From Octopus sinensis (taxonomy: Eukaryota), in the NCBI RefSeq assembly GCF_006345805.1, contig NC_042997.1:146692001-146756000 (forward strand): a stretch of 64,000 nt of DNA. The letters are read 5' to 3'. Of this stretch, positions 1-12,805 are shown in pieces. Below the pieces are notes generated by a model. That model was not told the DNA's origin. It made no database searches and worked only from the letters and a program-made list of their open reading frames with translations. The position numbers and the translations under genes were made by a program. Numbering within the stretch: position 1 is the first letter of the stretch; the number at the start of each line of letters is the position of its first letter.

Positions 1-39
<39 letters not shown>

Positions 40-56
40 ATATATGTATATGTATA

Positions 57-115
<59 letters not shown>
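1..115. repeat. (TA)n microsatellite
   Basis: Seen directly. Confidence 0.95.
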
Positions 116-118
<3 letters not shown>

Positions 119-139
119 GAGAGAGGGGGAAAGAGTTAG

Positions 140-450
140 AAGTATCATAGTAAAAGTTTGTGAATATTTTCATCGCTTTTGAAGGAGAAGGGTGATCGTA
201 TAAGAATAATCATAACGATTAAATGTTCACAGAGTAAAGGTATAATATCGCTTGGAAAGGAGCGTACGCTTTAATGGGATAGTGGCTACGTATGATTAGA
301 AAGTGAGATCTAATTTATGTTTTAATAGTTGTGCGTGTAAAGAATAAGAGGATAATGATACAATTGGTGTTGTTGGCTCCACATATTATGAGGTCCATAA
401 CAGGTTGAAGGTAATCCCGAGTATAGGAGCAGTACTGTATTTCTTCAAAT
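140..450 (-). mobile_element. Heavily decayed Penelope-like GIY-YIG endonuclease relic
   Basis: Frameshifted minus-strand fragments YSGLPST..YGPH, KAYAP..SKR..CEHLIV and LLQKR resemble the YIG motif and C-terminus of PLE endonucleases. Weak match, from memory. Confidence 0.35.
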
Positions 451-1119
451 ATGGAGCTGAAGTCCGAATCCATGTTAAATCTCTGGCGAAGTCCGAGGAA
501 TTAATAGGACTGGATAGCGGATTTAATATGTATTATAATTTTCTACGAATCAATTAACCTTCAATATCCGCGTCCTTTTATTAAATGCACTTAATTTTAC
601 TAAATCACTGAGCAATTATCAAGAAGCCAGAAATTAAATCGCCACATGTGAAAACGTATTTTTCTAAAAAAAACCTTGAGATATATAAAAAAGTAATAAT
701 CCAGATACACTTTTCAGCGTGAACTTGTTATTCAATGTGATCAATGTTGACAAGAATACTTAGAGTGACACCATCAAGCGTATATCTTTTGAATATATAA
801 TAATTTACTTTTCTACTGATGCCAGGTAGATTTTATAGACATAAAAGTCATGTTATTGTGAAACCACAGCCGACAAAATATTGATGAACACGTTCGTGCA
901 AACATACCTTGTTTCAATTTTGGATTGCAAAGACTCCTTTCTCGCTGTCAACATCAGTAATTGACCACCTGAAAATTTATAGATTACGATACAACTTTTT
1001 TATATAATGCAGAATATGAATTTCAGACAAATGATATAAGTGCTAAAAATATCTTATATATCCTCAGACAAGGCCGCGGCTATCACAGGAAGATCTACGG
1101 AATCAGCAATCAGTCTCCG

Positions 1120-1375
1120 TATGAGGGTGGGCTGGAAAGTTCATAGCCTGATTATGAAGGAATGATGCTACAGCTGTGAAATCTCGCATGCATTAATTTC
1201 AAAACTTTTTATTAATAACTGCATTGTTTCTTTCCAGGTAAAATGACAGCTAACTGTTCAGAGAAGACTTCAGTAGTAGCTAGCAGAGACTTCTCTTGAA
1301 AATGGGCAAAATATGGTATCATGGTGTTATGAAGTACGTGCACGGAAAAGGTTTAGTCCCCATGGACACATTCCA
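1120..1375 (+). mobile_element. Mariner 5' fragment (left TIR plus transposase start)
   Basis: TA+TGAGGGTGGGCTGGAAAGTTCATAG resembles a mariner TIR. ATG at 1302 gives MGKIWYHGVMKYVHGKGLVP, like the N-terminal HTH of mariner transposases. Truncated. Confidence 0.7.
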
Positions 1376-1465
1376 AGAGAGTATCTCGGTCATTCTATGA
1401 ACTTTACAGCCGATCCTCGTAGTAATCAATTACAATCTAGTGTAATGTAATAAATTGTATCCGAA

Positions 1466-1765
1466 TGGTGAAGCCACGGGTTTTAGTGGTTAAGTTTTTT
1501 GGTTCGCGATCGTAAGCTCATGAGTTCAATCTCGGCAGAGCGTTGTATCCTTGAGCAAGACTTTATTCCACTCAGCTGGCAAAAATGAGTAGTACCTGTA
1601 TTTCGAAGGGCCAGTCTTGTCACATTCTGTGTCACGCTGAATCTCCCTGACAACTACGTTAAGGGTATGCGTGTCTGTTGAGTGCTTAACCACTTGCGCG
1701 TTAACCTCACGAGCAAGCAGTTCTGTTGGTTGGATCGACTTGTCATCGTCAGAGACAGCGTACCA
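1466..1765 (+). mobile_element. tRNA-derived SINE family C (CORE-like)
   Basis: B-box-like GAGTTCAATC, core TCCTTGAGCAAG, and body ACATTCTGTGTCACGCTGAATCTC shared with 9095-9368 and 17829-18040. Confidence 0.8.
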
Positions 1766-2043
1766 GTGTTTGTGTCCATCAAAAAGAAAATCCAGAAAAT
1801 CTCATTGAGGAATATATATAAATTCAGGAGATATGAGAGGCGAAGACAGATTTGTTTATTATGCAAGAAATTATACATACATGTTCGCATCAATATATAT
1901 ATATATACGTACTTAGCATTATACAATATAACTCAGGCTACTGAAATCATAAACTTTTATGTATTAAAGAATAATCTGCACACTTATGTATTGAGTTTTT
2001 TAATTTATCCCTTCTCGGTGAATCAACAAAGAATCACATACAT

Positions 2044-2087
<44 letters not shown>

Positions 2088-2202
2088 ACACAGAAACGCA
2101 CATATATGTAAATATATATATATGTATACACATACATACATACATACATACATACATACATACATACATACATACATACATACATACGTACATATATATA
2201 TA

Positions 2203-2970
2203 TAATTTTGAAAACGATCATTGGAACCTACTACGCAATATTAAGTTTAAGAAAAATATTCCAAGGAACAATCACCTACGATTTTTTAAGAACAAGGTCA
2301 ACCAGTTTAGACTAGCACATGGTATTATTGTCCAATCAGAATAAACAGGAAATCTTTATAATGTTAATATTGATTTATACAATAAACTTCTACATAAAGA
2401 CATAACTAGCAAGTATAAAGTCGTTAACGAATATGCCCTTAAAATCAACAACTTAATAGCTAAGAAGATAATGAGTGATTATAAAATTGATGACGTCACT
2501 GAAATATACCAACCTTCTAGACCCAGGATTACCCTGAAGGACCATAAATAAAATTTTCATTCAGATCCGAAAGTGCGGCTTATTTATCCTTGTATGTCAG
2601 ACACTGGGAAACTTAGTAAACTTATTCTGGATAAATAACTTAATGTCCTTAAGTCTAAAATTAAATTTCACCTGTGGTCAAACACACTGGAAACCATTAA
2701 ATGGTTTCAATGCTTAAGCAACAAGAAGAAATCAAAATTCATCCAATTTGACATTGATAGTTATTATCAATCGATTAGTTCTATTCTACTTAATAGGGCT
2801 CTTATTTACGCAAAGAAAAAAAGGATACATACATCCACACCTACATATACTTATCAATGAAGGAAATAAAAGTTATACTTGAGGCGAGGAAGACCATAAT
2901 TCATCACCAAGGAAGATTTTGGACTAGAAAGGATGCACCATATTGCTTTGATATACCAATCGGCGCGCAA
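2203..2970 (+). mobile_element. Penelope-like element reverse transcriptase pseudogene (probably Naiad-type)
   Basis: Frame +2 reads SE*TGNLY...ITLKDHK*NFHSDPKVRLIYPCMSDTGKLSK...WSNTLETIKWF...FIQFDIDSYYQSIS, then a frameshift to ARKTIIHHQGRFWTRKDAPYCFDIPIG. TAA stops at 2342, 2549 and 2636. Truncated before the catalytic DD motif. Confidence 0.85.
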
Positions 2971-3597
2971 AATGTTGATGCAACATCTTTTTCTCCTTTA
3001 TTTTTCTATAATTGTTTGCAGTATATTTATACCTATAGCGATATTTTTCAACTACTATTTTCATATTCTTATTACTTGCTCTGGCTGTTTTGTTTTTATG
3101 AATATGATGAATCTTTGTTAGAAATCATTCTTTCTCTCTTTTTGGACCTCGCAAAAGGCTTTGATCTAACCCCAAACCTAAGCATGTTTTACACTTGTTC
3201 TTTTTTAATTAATTCATTAATTAATTACAGGAGAATAGGAATTGTGTAATCAGCTTCGTTAATTTACTGCTGTTTCTGCTATAAGAAATAGTGCACTAAG
3301 AGCTGGAAGATTGTACAGCATCATGTAACTTCATCGGAGCCATTATTTATTTTTTTTATGAAACCATCTGATAAGGTACTTTAGGATTCATTCTCGTGTT
3401 AGTTATCGATATATAAAGGTCGCCAGATTCGCAATTTTATGAAGTTCATAATATTAATCATATAAAATGAAACAACGCAAAATGTTTAGAGATTAACAGG
3501 TTAGGCAAGAATATAAAATACAAAACATGCGAAATAAAAACCTCATTAGGAAGAGATGAACCTATCTAAATGCTCAACGCTAAGCATGTTCCTAAGC

Positions 3598-3620
3598 ATG
3601 TACATAATCATATATATATA

Positions 3621-3697
<77 letters not shown>

Positions 3698-3820
3698 CAT
3701 ACATATATATATATATATTATATATATATATATCATATATATATATATGTATACATATACACATACATACATACATATATATATATACGTAATATATATA
3801 TATATATACACACATACATT

Positions 3821-3870
<50 letters not shown>

Positions 3871-3910
3871 TATACATATATATATATACATATGTATATG
3901 TATATATATA
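3598..3910. repeat. (TA)n-dominated microsatellite
   Basis: Seen directly. Confidence 0.95.
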
Positions 3911-5365
3911 GACTCACATATACGATACATGTCATTAAGTCCCTACTTAAAAGGGCATATTTAATTATCTTCTAACGCAGCACTTTACCAGAAGCAAGCA
4001 ACATGTATTGAACAAAATCTAATCAACAATAGACGCACCAATAAACCTGCAGACGAAACCATATATGATTTCATGCAGAACATAAATTCTATCACAGCAA
4101 AGAACAACAAATAATGTAGACAAGGAGCAGAATTATAGCTTGCAACAATAAGACAGCATAAAACTGATGAAAGAATTTTGGAAAAAAATATGATTAAATG
4201 CAATGTAAATTATACCAAACGTAATTTCTAAGTAGCAAGGGCGCCACTCGATCCCACTAGAAACGTCTTCTTGGTCATTCGACCAGTTAGAAATAGAAGA
4301 AATAGTTCACACTCTAACATCTTTAAAAGAGACTGATCGCGGTTTGGTCTCTGATCACAGGTTTTCCTTAGTCGGTCAGATCCTGGGCTGAAAAATAATG
4401 ACGATGACGATGCCAATCGTAGTTACAACAACGGGACACGAACTCTTGGCTGTCTACTGGCAACTTTTTCCATCTTATAAGGGTAAAATACCCAATCTTT
4501 TTGTTGTTTTCATGGATATACTGCGTTCGAAATATTACTTTCTTGTCTGTAAAATAAGAAGCACATCAATGCATCCAAAAGTTTGTTTACAAAATGTTGT
4601 TACGTAAAGTATATTTAGTCAAGCCAATGAAGAGACTCTGTATGTGGTATCTCGACGAGCTAGAAGTAGCAGTCAAATCTTCCCTAATTAACATTCTATT
4701 GTTGTTTACATGGAAATGAATGCTGAACATTAGTTCGTATATACAAAAAATTTGGGATAGGATACGATAATCACAACCGAAATGATTTTGAATATTAGTG
4801 CTTCTCGGTCAGAGCTCTACTGGAATTTGTCAAGTATAGCCACCACAACTCTAATTATAGATCATACAAACACATGCAATATGGAAGCAACGTGGGAGAA
4901 TTGAAAAGGGGAGGGGAAATTGCCATGCATAATACAACTAAGTGACTTTCAACTTGTTAAGCTTATCAAATAATCTCGGAAAAGAAGGAAAAATTATATA
5001 AAAGCAAATTTGTTTTGTGTATTTCGGGAGTATCGTTATTACATGAGCCAATGAAGGAATTTCTATGTGGCTGTGTAGCTTGCTAGGATTATAAACCAAG
5101 AGTATAAACACACGCGCTCGTTCTATATCAGATCTGAAGTTGAGAGGGTATGTCATTGATGAGGTAGTGAACCGCGACGGAAGAACTCTCACAAAATGAT
5201 TGATTGACCAGCGTTTAATCAAAGCATCAATTTGTTAACTGGTTAAATGATTGACAAATTGATTGATAATTATAAAAGAGGTGAATAGAACCAATGCATG
5301 CGCTTATTATTAACATAATGACTCACAAAAAATCTGTTTCAACACACAAGTTCATATTAAGACAA

Positions 5366-5593
5366 TAGTAATCCCTCGACTATCGCGTATGTTACGTTCC
5401 AAAACGATAGATGAAAATCCGCAAAGTAGAAACAGTACTGTACTGTATATATTTTTTATTTTTATAATCTGTATATATTTACTTTATCATAAATGCAAAA
5501 CAACGCCGCGTAAGAATCGACGTAAGCTTGAATAATAAACCATGATAGGTGAACCGCGATAGGTGAACCGCGATATGGTGAGGGATTACTCTA
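5366..5593. mobile_element. Tigger/pogo-like MITE
   Basis: Imperfect TIRs AGTAATCCCTCGACTATCGCG and CGCGATATGGTGAGGGATTACT, with TA at both ends. Related ends occur at 60683-60718 and 62017. Confidence 0.65.
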
Positions 5594-6695
5594 TTGCAAA
5601 TCAAATATAAAAACGAAAAATTCTATTTTGTTTTCTTATTAATAAAGAGAGAATCGGGACAAAAAAATTTTCCAAAATATTTTTAGGAATGCCTGGTGTT
5701 TGTTATTTCAAGAATACCCTGATTATTGCTCCCTATTCTAAATTTTTTTCATAAATTACTGAAGAAAACGTGGACTTATATAATCAGATGTTTTCTGCTC
5801 ACTAACAACGCAATGACATATTCATATTCTTATCCCGACAAATGCATTTTTTAGAAAATGTATTTACAATTTAAATATTGCATCTAGCTTAAACGTTCCA
5901 TTTCTAAGGAAAATCACGGCACCTCTCAATACCAACAATGCTTCATTATGAAATACAACGCTCTAAAAGGGGTGCTCTTACCCATTTTAAAATCCACTGA
6001 GCTACAGAAATCTGTATTTTTGTTGTTGTTCTTGTGATTAATGTTAAGATTCGGCTCAAACCTCATGAAGTACACCTATTGTGAAAGATGTCCTAGAAAG
6101 ATCTAGGGTTACATTATACAATCGTCTATCCTTTATAGTAATTTTAAGGACGATACAGTGGGTAATTAGGACATTGTTTAGCATGCTCTTACAATTTTAA
6201 GATGGTAGGGATGTGATATGAAGGAGATTTAGTTTATAATTCTAGCAAGCTACACAACCGCATAGAAATTCCTTCATTGGCTCATATAATATGAAGTTTC
6301 ACAGAAATAAATATGGTGACTCCCAGTTTTCCACAGCCTATCTATGCCACTATTTAGCAAATCTTCAAGCCACTTTCTATGTTCAAGAGCCATACCAACT
6401 CAAACTTCAGGTTAAGAGAGGAAATTTAGCCAAAATACCTATGTCTTGTCTCCAAATATAAATTTTTCTATTGGTGATTGGAACCACGTCTGCGCATCGT
6501 CGGACAAGATGTTTATAGCCAATCATAACAGCCTCAGCAGTCACCATTATAAAATATGAATAGAAATTATAAGATATGCGTACACGGTTGAAGCGACCTG
6601 TCCAAGGGTAGAAACTCCCGGTTCATTTGCAGAAATTTGTATGTTATATATGAATAAATGAAAGAATGGAGTCGAACGAAGATGTTAACAAAATT

Positions 6696-6788
6696 CCTTT
6701 ACTCTCGACATATGTTTCGAAGACCACATAGCTTCATTCCAAAGGAATAAAGGGTGTATGATGCAATCTTCTCATCAGGAAAGAAAGG
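6696..6788 (-). ncRNA. Type I hammerhead ribozyme, mirror copy
   Basis: Reverse complement of 6877-6969. The two arm mismatches fall in loop 2, so the core and stems are unaffected. Confidence 0.85.
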
Positions 6789-6876
6789 GAGCCTCTCTCG
6801 GCAACAAGACAAACAAAAATTTCGACATGGAGGCAGTCATCGAAATTTTTGTTTGTCTTGTTGCCGAGAGAGGCTC

Positions 6877-6969
6877 CCTTTCTTTCCTGATGAGAAGATT
6901 GCATCATACACCCTTTATTCCTTTGGAATGAAACCATGTGGTCTTCGAAACATATGTCGAGAGTAAAGG
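6877..6969 (+). ncRNA. Type I hammerhead ribozyme, intact core
   Basis: P1 CCTTTCTTTC/GAGAG(T)AAAGG; CTGATGA at 6887-6893; P2 GAAGATTGCAT/ATGTGGTCTTC (11 bp including 3 G-U); GAAA at 6947-6950; palindromic P3 CATATG; GUC cleavage triplet ending at 6958. Confidence 0.85.
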
Positions 6970-7031
6970 AATTTTGTTAACATCTTCGTTCGACTCCATT
7001 CTTTCATTTATTCATATACATACATATATAT

Positions 7032-7248
7032 AATCCTTTCTACTAAAGGCACAAGGCCTGAAATTTTGGGAGAGGGGAATAATCGATTATATCGACCCTA
7101 GTCTTCAGCTGGTACTTATTTTATCGACCCCGAAAGGATGAAAGGCAAAATCGACCTCAGCGGAATTTGAACTCAGAACATAACGACGGGTGAAATACCG
7201 CTAAGCATTTCGTCCAGCGTGCTAACGATTCTGCCAACTCACCGCCTT
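7032..7248 (-). mobile_element. SINE family A monomer (tail 2)
   Basis: tRNA-like head GGCGGTGAGTTGGCAGAA, B box GAGTTCAAATTCC, core CTTTCATCCTTTCGGGGTCGATAAA. Confidence 0.85.
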
Positions 7249-7255
7249 ACACACG

Positions 7256-7257
<2 letters not shown>

Positions 7258-7308
<51 letters not shown>

Positions 7309-7371
7309 TAATAATAATAATGATGATAATAATAATAATAATAAAATAATAATGATAATTAAATAATAATA

Positions 7372-7418
<47 letters not shown>

Positions 7419-7565
7419 TAATGATATGATAATAATAATAATAATAAAATAATAATATAATAATAATAATGATAATAATGATAATTATAAAATAAAATAT
7501 AATAATAATAATAATAATCTAATAATAATAATAATAATATAATAATAATATAATAATAATAACAA
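7258..7565. repeat. Degenerate (TAA)n array
   Basis: Seen directly. Confidence 0.95.
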
Positions 7566-8376
7566 TAATCAAAAGAAATAGACAAAGAAAAATCCCAGCA
7601 ATGGTTGAGAAGCTCAGGACTCAAAGCAGAAACAGAGGGATTTTTATTGCAGCACAAGACCAAGCCTCCCCACCAGAAATTACCAAAAACATGTAATGAA
7701 AAGAAATATTACAAGTAACTGCAGAATATGTGGAGATGGACAAGAAACAATAAATCATATTATCTCTAGCTGCCCAGTCCTGGCTAAGAAGGAATATATT
7801 CACAGACATGACAGAGTTGGAACCTACATACATTGGAAGCTATGCCAACATTATGGAATAACAACAGAAAAGAATGGTATAGACACACACCAGAAAAGGT
7901 CACAGAAAACGAGAAAGCAACCATACTCTGGATATGCCGATACACACAGAGAGAAATTAAGGCCAACAGACCAGATATAGTTGTCAGAGATCATGAAGAA
8001 AAAAAATGCTTTCTAATTGATGTATCAATACCGGCAGATGACAACGTGTCTCTAAAAGAAATGGAGAAACTCTCAAAATACAAAGACCTGGAAATAGAGT
8101 AACTAGAATGTGGAATCTGAAAACAGAAACAATTCCTATCATAGTAGGTGCATTAGGCATGATAAAAAAATATTCAGATAAATACATAACAAAAACACCA
8201 GGACTTACAAACACATATAACACAGAAAATTGCACTACTAGGCACTGCACACATCCTACGCAGAACACTTTCCATACAATAACCATCAGAGCATCACAAC
8301 AAATCACAGCACATACCCAAGGCACACAGAGCTGCGCTCGGTAGTGAAGTGAAAGCACGCTATAAAAACAAAACTA

Positions 8377-8381
<5 letters not shown>
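7566..8381 (+). mobile_element. R4/Dong-like non-LTR retrotransposon 3' fragment (CCHC knuckle plus REL endonuclease)
   Basis: Across frameshifts: WLRSSGLKAETEG, CRICGDGQETINHIISSC, RHDRVG, NRPDIVV, LIDVSIP, EKLSKYKDL, IPIIVGALG. Followed by a 3' UTR and (TAA)n. Confidence 0.9.
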
Positions 8382-8428
<47 letters not shown>

Positions 8429-8479
8429 TAATAATAATAATAATAACAACTATAATAATAATAATGATAATAATTTTAA

Positions 8480-8858
8480 ACTTCTGCCACAAGGGCAACT
8501 CGTGGGAGGTGATTAAGTTGATTACATCGACCCCAGTGCGTAACTCGTACTTACTTAATCGAAAGGATGAAAGGCAAAGTCGACCTCGGTGGAATTTGAA
8601 ATCAGAACGTAACTGCAGACGAAATACTTATTTCTTTACTACCCACAAGGGGCGAAACACAGAGAGGACAAACAAGGACAGACAAACGGATTAAGTCGAT
8701 TATATCGACTCCCAGTGCGTAACTGGTACTTATTTAATCGACCCCGAAAGGATGAAAGGCAAAGTCGACCTCGGCGGAATTTGAACTCAGAACGTAGCGG
8801 CAGGCGAAATACCGCTAAGCATTTCGTCCGGCATTCTAGTAATTCTGCCAGCTCGCCA
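8480..8858 (-). mobile_element. SINE family A dimer
   Basis: Two cores in tandem, same layout as 56262-56655. Confidence 0.85.
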
Positions 8859-9094
8859 TCACATTTATTTTTAAAATAAAAATTTATATATTTATTTATA
8901 TAGGTATTTTACTTCGAAAAACAACAGTGCTACACACACACACGTGTGTGTGTGTTTGTGTGTATGCTTGTGTTTTTACCTCCATATATATGAATGTAGA
9001 ATGTTCCATGTTGTCTGCCAAAACATTGCACTAAAGTAAAACTTTTAGTGACTTTCCTTGGTACGTTTATTAAAAATGAACACGGCCGAGTATT

Positions 9095-9368
9095 GCTGAA
9101 AGCGCTAGGTTTCTGGCGGCGCGTTGTGTCCTTCAGCAATGCACTTTATTTCGCGTTTTTCCGGGCCACTCAGCTAGTAAAAATAAATTGTACCTGTACT
9201 TTAAAGGGCCAACCTTGTCACATTCTGTGTCACGCTAAATCTCACTGAGGACACATAAAGGGTACGCGTGTCTGTGGAGTGCTCAGCCACCTGCACGTTA
9301 ATTTCAAGAGAAGGCCATTCTGTTTATCGGATCAACTGGAACCCTCGTCGTCACACCCGACGGAGTAC
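9095..9368 (+). mobile_element. SINE family C
   Basis: Aligns by eye with 1466-1765. Confidence 0.8.
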
Positions 9369-9392
9369 ATTTATAGTTTATATATATAAGGT

Positions 9393-9835
9393 ACAGGCGT
9401 GGCTGTGTTATGAATCTTCCTTCCTAACCACATAGTTCCGGGTTCAGTCCCACTGTATGGCACCTTAGGCAAGTGTCTTGTAATATAGCCTCGAGCGGAC
9501 CGAAGCCCTATGAGTGGGTTTGGTACATGGAAACTGAGAGAAACCCGCTGTATGTATGTATGTATGTATGTATATATATATATATATATTATATATATAT
9601 ATATATATATACACATACATATGTATGTATATATATCTATGTGTGTATGTGTGTGCTTGGCAGCGGTGTTTGTGTGTTTACTACCTCATAACTTAGCGGT
9701 TCGGCTTAAGACACAGATATAATAAGTACTAGGCTTACAAGAATAAGTCGATGTCTTCGGCTGCTAAACTCTTTGAGGGGGTACCCCAGGACGGGCCCGC
9801 ATTGAAATGATTGAAACAAGTAAATAACTAAAAGA
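9393..9835 (+). mobile_element. SINE family B (CORE-like, internal microsatellite)
   Basis: GTTCCGGGTTCAGTCCCACTG B box, CACCTTAGGCAAGTGTCTT core, internal TA/TG tract, tail ending GAAACAAGTAAA. Confidence 0.8.
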
Positions 9836-9849
9836 AAGGAATAAAAGAA

Positions 9850-9893
<44 letters not shown>

Positions 9894-10130
9894 TATATAT
9901 ATATGCATATATTATATATTATGTAGTATATATATATATATATATTATATATATTCAATACATATTATGCATATATATATCTATGTATGTATGTATGTAT
10001 GTATATATATATATATATATATAATATCTATATATATACTCTACATATATATAACATCTAATAATGAATATATATGTGTGGAGTATAATATGTATATATA
10101 TATGAAATATAATAGCCTATATACATATTC

Positions 10131-10161
<31 letters not shown>

Positions 10162-10188
10162 GAATATATATAAGCATATATATACATA

Positions 10189-10226
<38 letters not shown>

Positions 10227-11279
10227 ATATATATATATATAATGAATATGTATATATATATGTATATATATGTATATATTAATATATATATGTATGTAGT
10301 ATATATAATATATGTATATTTAGTATTTGTATATATATATTCATATGTATATATATATATATATTACATATATATATGCGGTGTGTGTGTGTGTGCGCAT
10401 GTATGTATGAATTGATAGATAAATGAAAGTATGAATGTGTATGTATAAACGAGTGTGTGTGCGCACGTGTGTATTAGTCTATGCATACGCACACACACGA
10501 TCGGAAATAAATAAACAGTGATAGACACAAACACACAGGTTACCGAGGAAACTTCGTCCATTTCTAATAGAAGCTAACAGTGTGTATAATTTTTCTATCT
10601 CATATTTTTATTCACTAATAACCGAATATTCTACAGAAAATAATAAGGAATTTGAATTACTTTTTTTCTCATCAATCAGATGAAGCTGCGTATTCTACAG
10701 GCGTGTTTAATTCTGACGTAATTCTCGAGATGAATAAACATGACAGCGTGTGATGAGGATGGATATTTGATAACTAGGTTCAATCCACACGAGGAGTTTC
10801 CAAGTTTTCCATCTACTCAGTTTTATACAAATGACTCTGACAAAACGCGTCTGACAAAGATACCACTTAATGGGACCGAACCTGGATCTTCGTAACTAAG
10901 AAGTGAAATTTTATATGTAAATATGTAAATACATAATGTACGCGTGTATACACACACAGACACATATACATATCGTATCGTTTATATGGTATACATGTAG
11001 GTGTTTACGTGTGTATACACACACATGCGCACATATCTTGTACATGAAGCAGACGAGGAATTTCATCCGAGGAAACTGGAGAAATAATGAACTTCATGCA
11101 AGAAAAAACAATATATGATGTGTATATACGTGTGTGTGTTTTCTTGTGTTGTGTGTGTGAGTGTATATATATATATATATATATACATACATGAATGCAT
11201 ACATACATACACATATATATATATATAGTTAGTTAAAGTTAATCCAAACATGAAAACACAAAGAGAAAACACAACGCGA

Positions 11280-11788
11280 AGACATATTTCACACACACAC
11301 AAATGCAATACACTGCGTATGTAGTCATGTCTTCGGGTTGGAAACTTTTAGATAACATTAGCCAATATATATATACAGACACGCAATAATAGCTATAATA
11401 ATATATATTCTCCGTAACTTACAAACCCTTCTGGTTCGTTTATAAATACACACACACACACACACACCACACACACACATATATATATATATATACATGT
11501 ATATATAAATATTTTGTATATATAAAGCTAATTTGTCTCATGATGGTCTATATGTATATGTATATGTGCATATATATGTATATATGAGCATATATATGTA
11601 TATATGAGTGTGTGTGTATTTATAAACGAACCAGAAGGGTTTGTAAGTTACGGAGAATATATATTATTATTATAGCTATTATTGCGTGTCTGTATATATA
11701 TATTGGCTAATGTTATCTAAAAGTTTCCAACCCGAAGACATGACTACATACGCAGTGTATTGCATTTGTGTGTGTGTGAAATATGTCT
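11280..11788. repeat. Inverted repeat, about 180-bp arms around a 150-bp microsatellite spacer
   Basis: 11280-11460 is the reverse complement of 11608-11788 apart from a 3-nt indel. Confidence 0.9.
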
Positions 11789-11867
11789 GTGTACGTCTGT
11801 ATGTATGTGTATGTATATAAATATATATATGTATATGCATATAAAACAAATATGTGTTAACATATGC

Positions 11868-11898
<31 letters not shown>

Positions 11899-12161
11899 TA
11901 TTATATATATATATATATATTAATATATATATATAATATATAATATATATAATATGGGTAAAAAGATAAGATAACAAAAGAAAGAAAGAGACCTCAATAT
12001 TATGTAAATAGAGGAAATTGTATAAAATAATATGTTACATTTACTCAATAGTCAAGATAACACTCTGAGTTTCAGATACCGAAGTGGAAATCCACAACAC
12101 GATCTCTTCGGTTATCTGGCCATCTGAAAAACGGTATGAAAAAAAATCCCCCCAAAAATCA

Positions 12162-12204
<43 letters not shown>

Positions 12205-12243
12205 ATATATCTCTATATATATATATATATTATATATATTATA

Positions 12244-12279
<36 letters not shown>

Positions 12280-12322
12280 TATATACATATATATATATAT
12301 ATATACTATAGATATAGATATA

Positions 12323-12360
<38 letters not shown>

Positions 12361-12380
12361 TATATATATATATATATATA

Positions 12381-12565
12381 TAAAATATTATCGAGACAAA
12401 ACCACTATTTTGCAAAACAACAAGGAAAGAACTTAATAATACATAAAATTTTAATAATAAGTAAAAAAAAATAGTTTTTTTTGACTATTTATTAAATTTT
12501 ATGTTTAATTAAGTCTTTCCTTGTTTGTTTTGCAAAATAGTGGTTTTGTCTCGAATAATATTTTA
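12381..12565. repeat. Imperfect fold-back palindrome, about 90-bp arms
   Basis: ATCGAGACAAAACCACTATTTTGCAAAAC is mirrored by GTTTTGCAAAATAGTGGTTTTGTCTCGA. Several indels; centre near 12472. Confidence 0.85.
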
Positions 12566-12642
12566 TAATATTTTACTATAAAACGATTAATCCTAAATCT
12601 GATTTTTTCCCTGTAAATTTGGATTTATTCCCTAATATTTAT

Positions 12643-12680
<38 letters not shown>

Positions 12681-12681
12681 C

Positions 12682-12721
<40 letters not shown>

Positions 12722-12722
12722 C

Positions 12723-12764
<42 letters not shown>

Positions 12765-12768
12765 TATA

Positions 12769-12805
<37 letters not shown>

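Larger units (their letters stand above)
6647..7018. repeat. Fold-back palindrome (179-bp arms, 14-nt loop) made of two PLE-type terminal repeats
   Basis: 6647-6825 is the reverse complement of 6840-7018 with 2 mismatches. Confidence 0.95.

Noticed and set aside
2342-2638. In-frame stops in the PLE RT as selenocysteine codons
   Set aside because: All three are TAA, not TGA, and look like ordinary nonsense mutations.
4020-4220. QHKTDERILEKNMIKCNV as a Penelope linker relic
   Set aside because: The similarity rests on a few residues recalled from memory; too weak to annotate.
5087-5147. Possible exon IINQEYKHTRSFYIRSEVER (AG...GTATGT)
   Set aside because: Isolated, weak polypyrimidine tract, no partner exons or recognisable protein.
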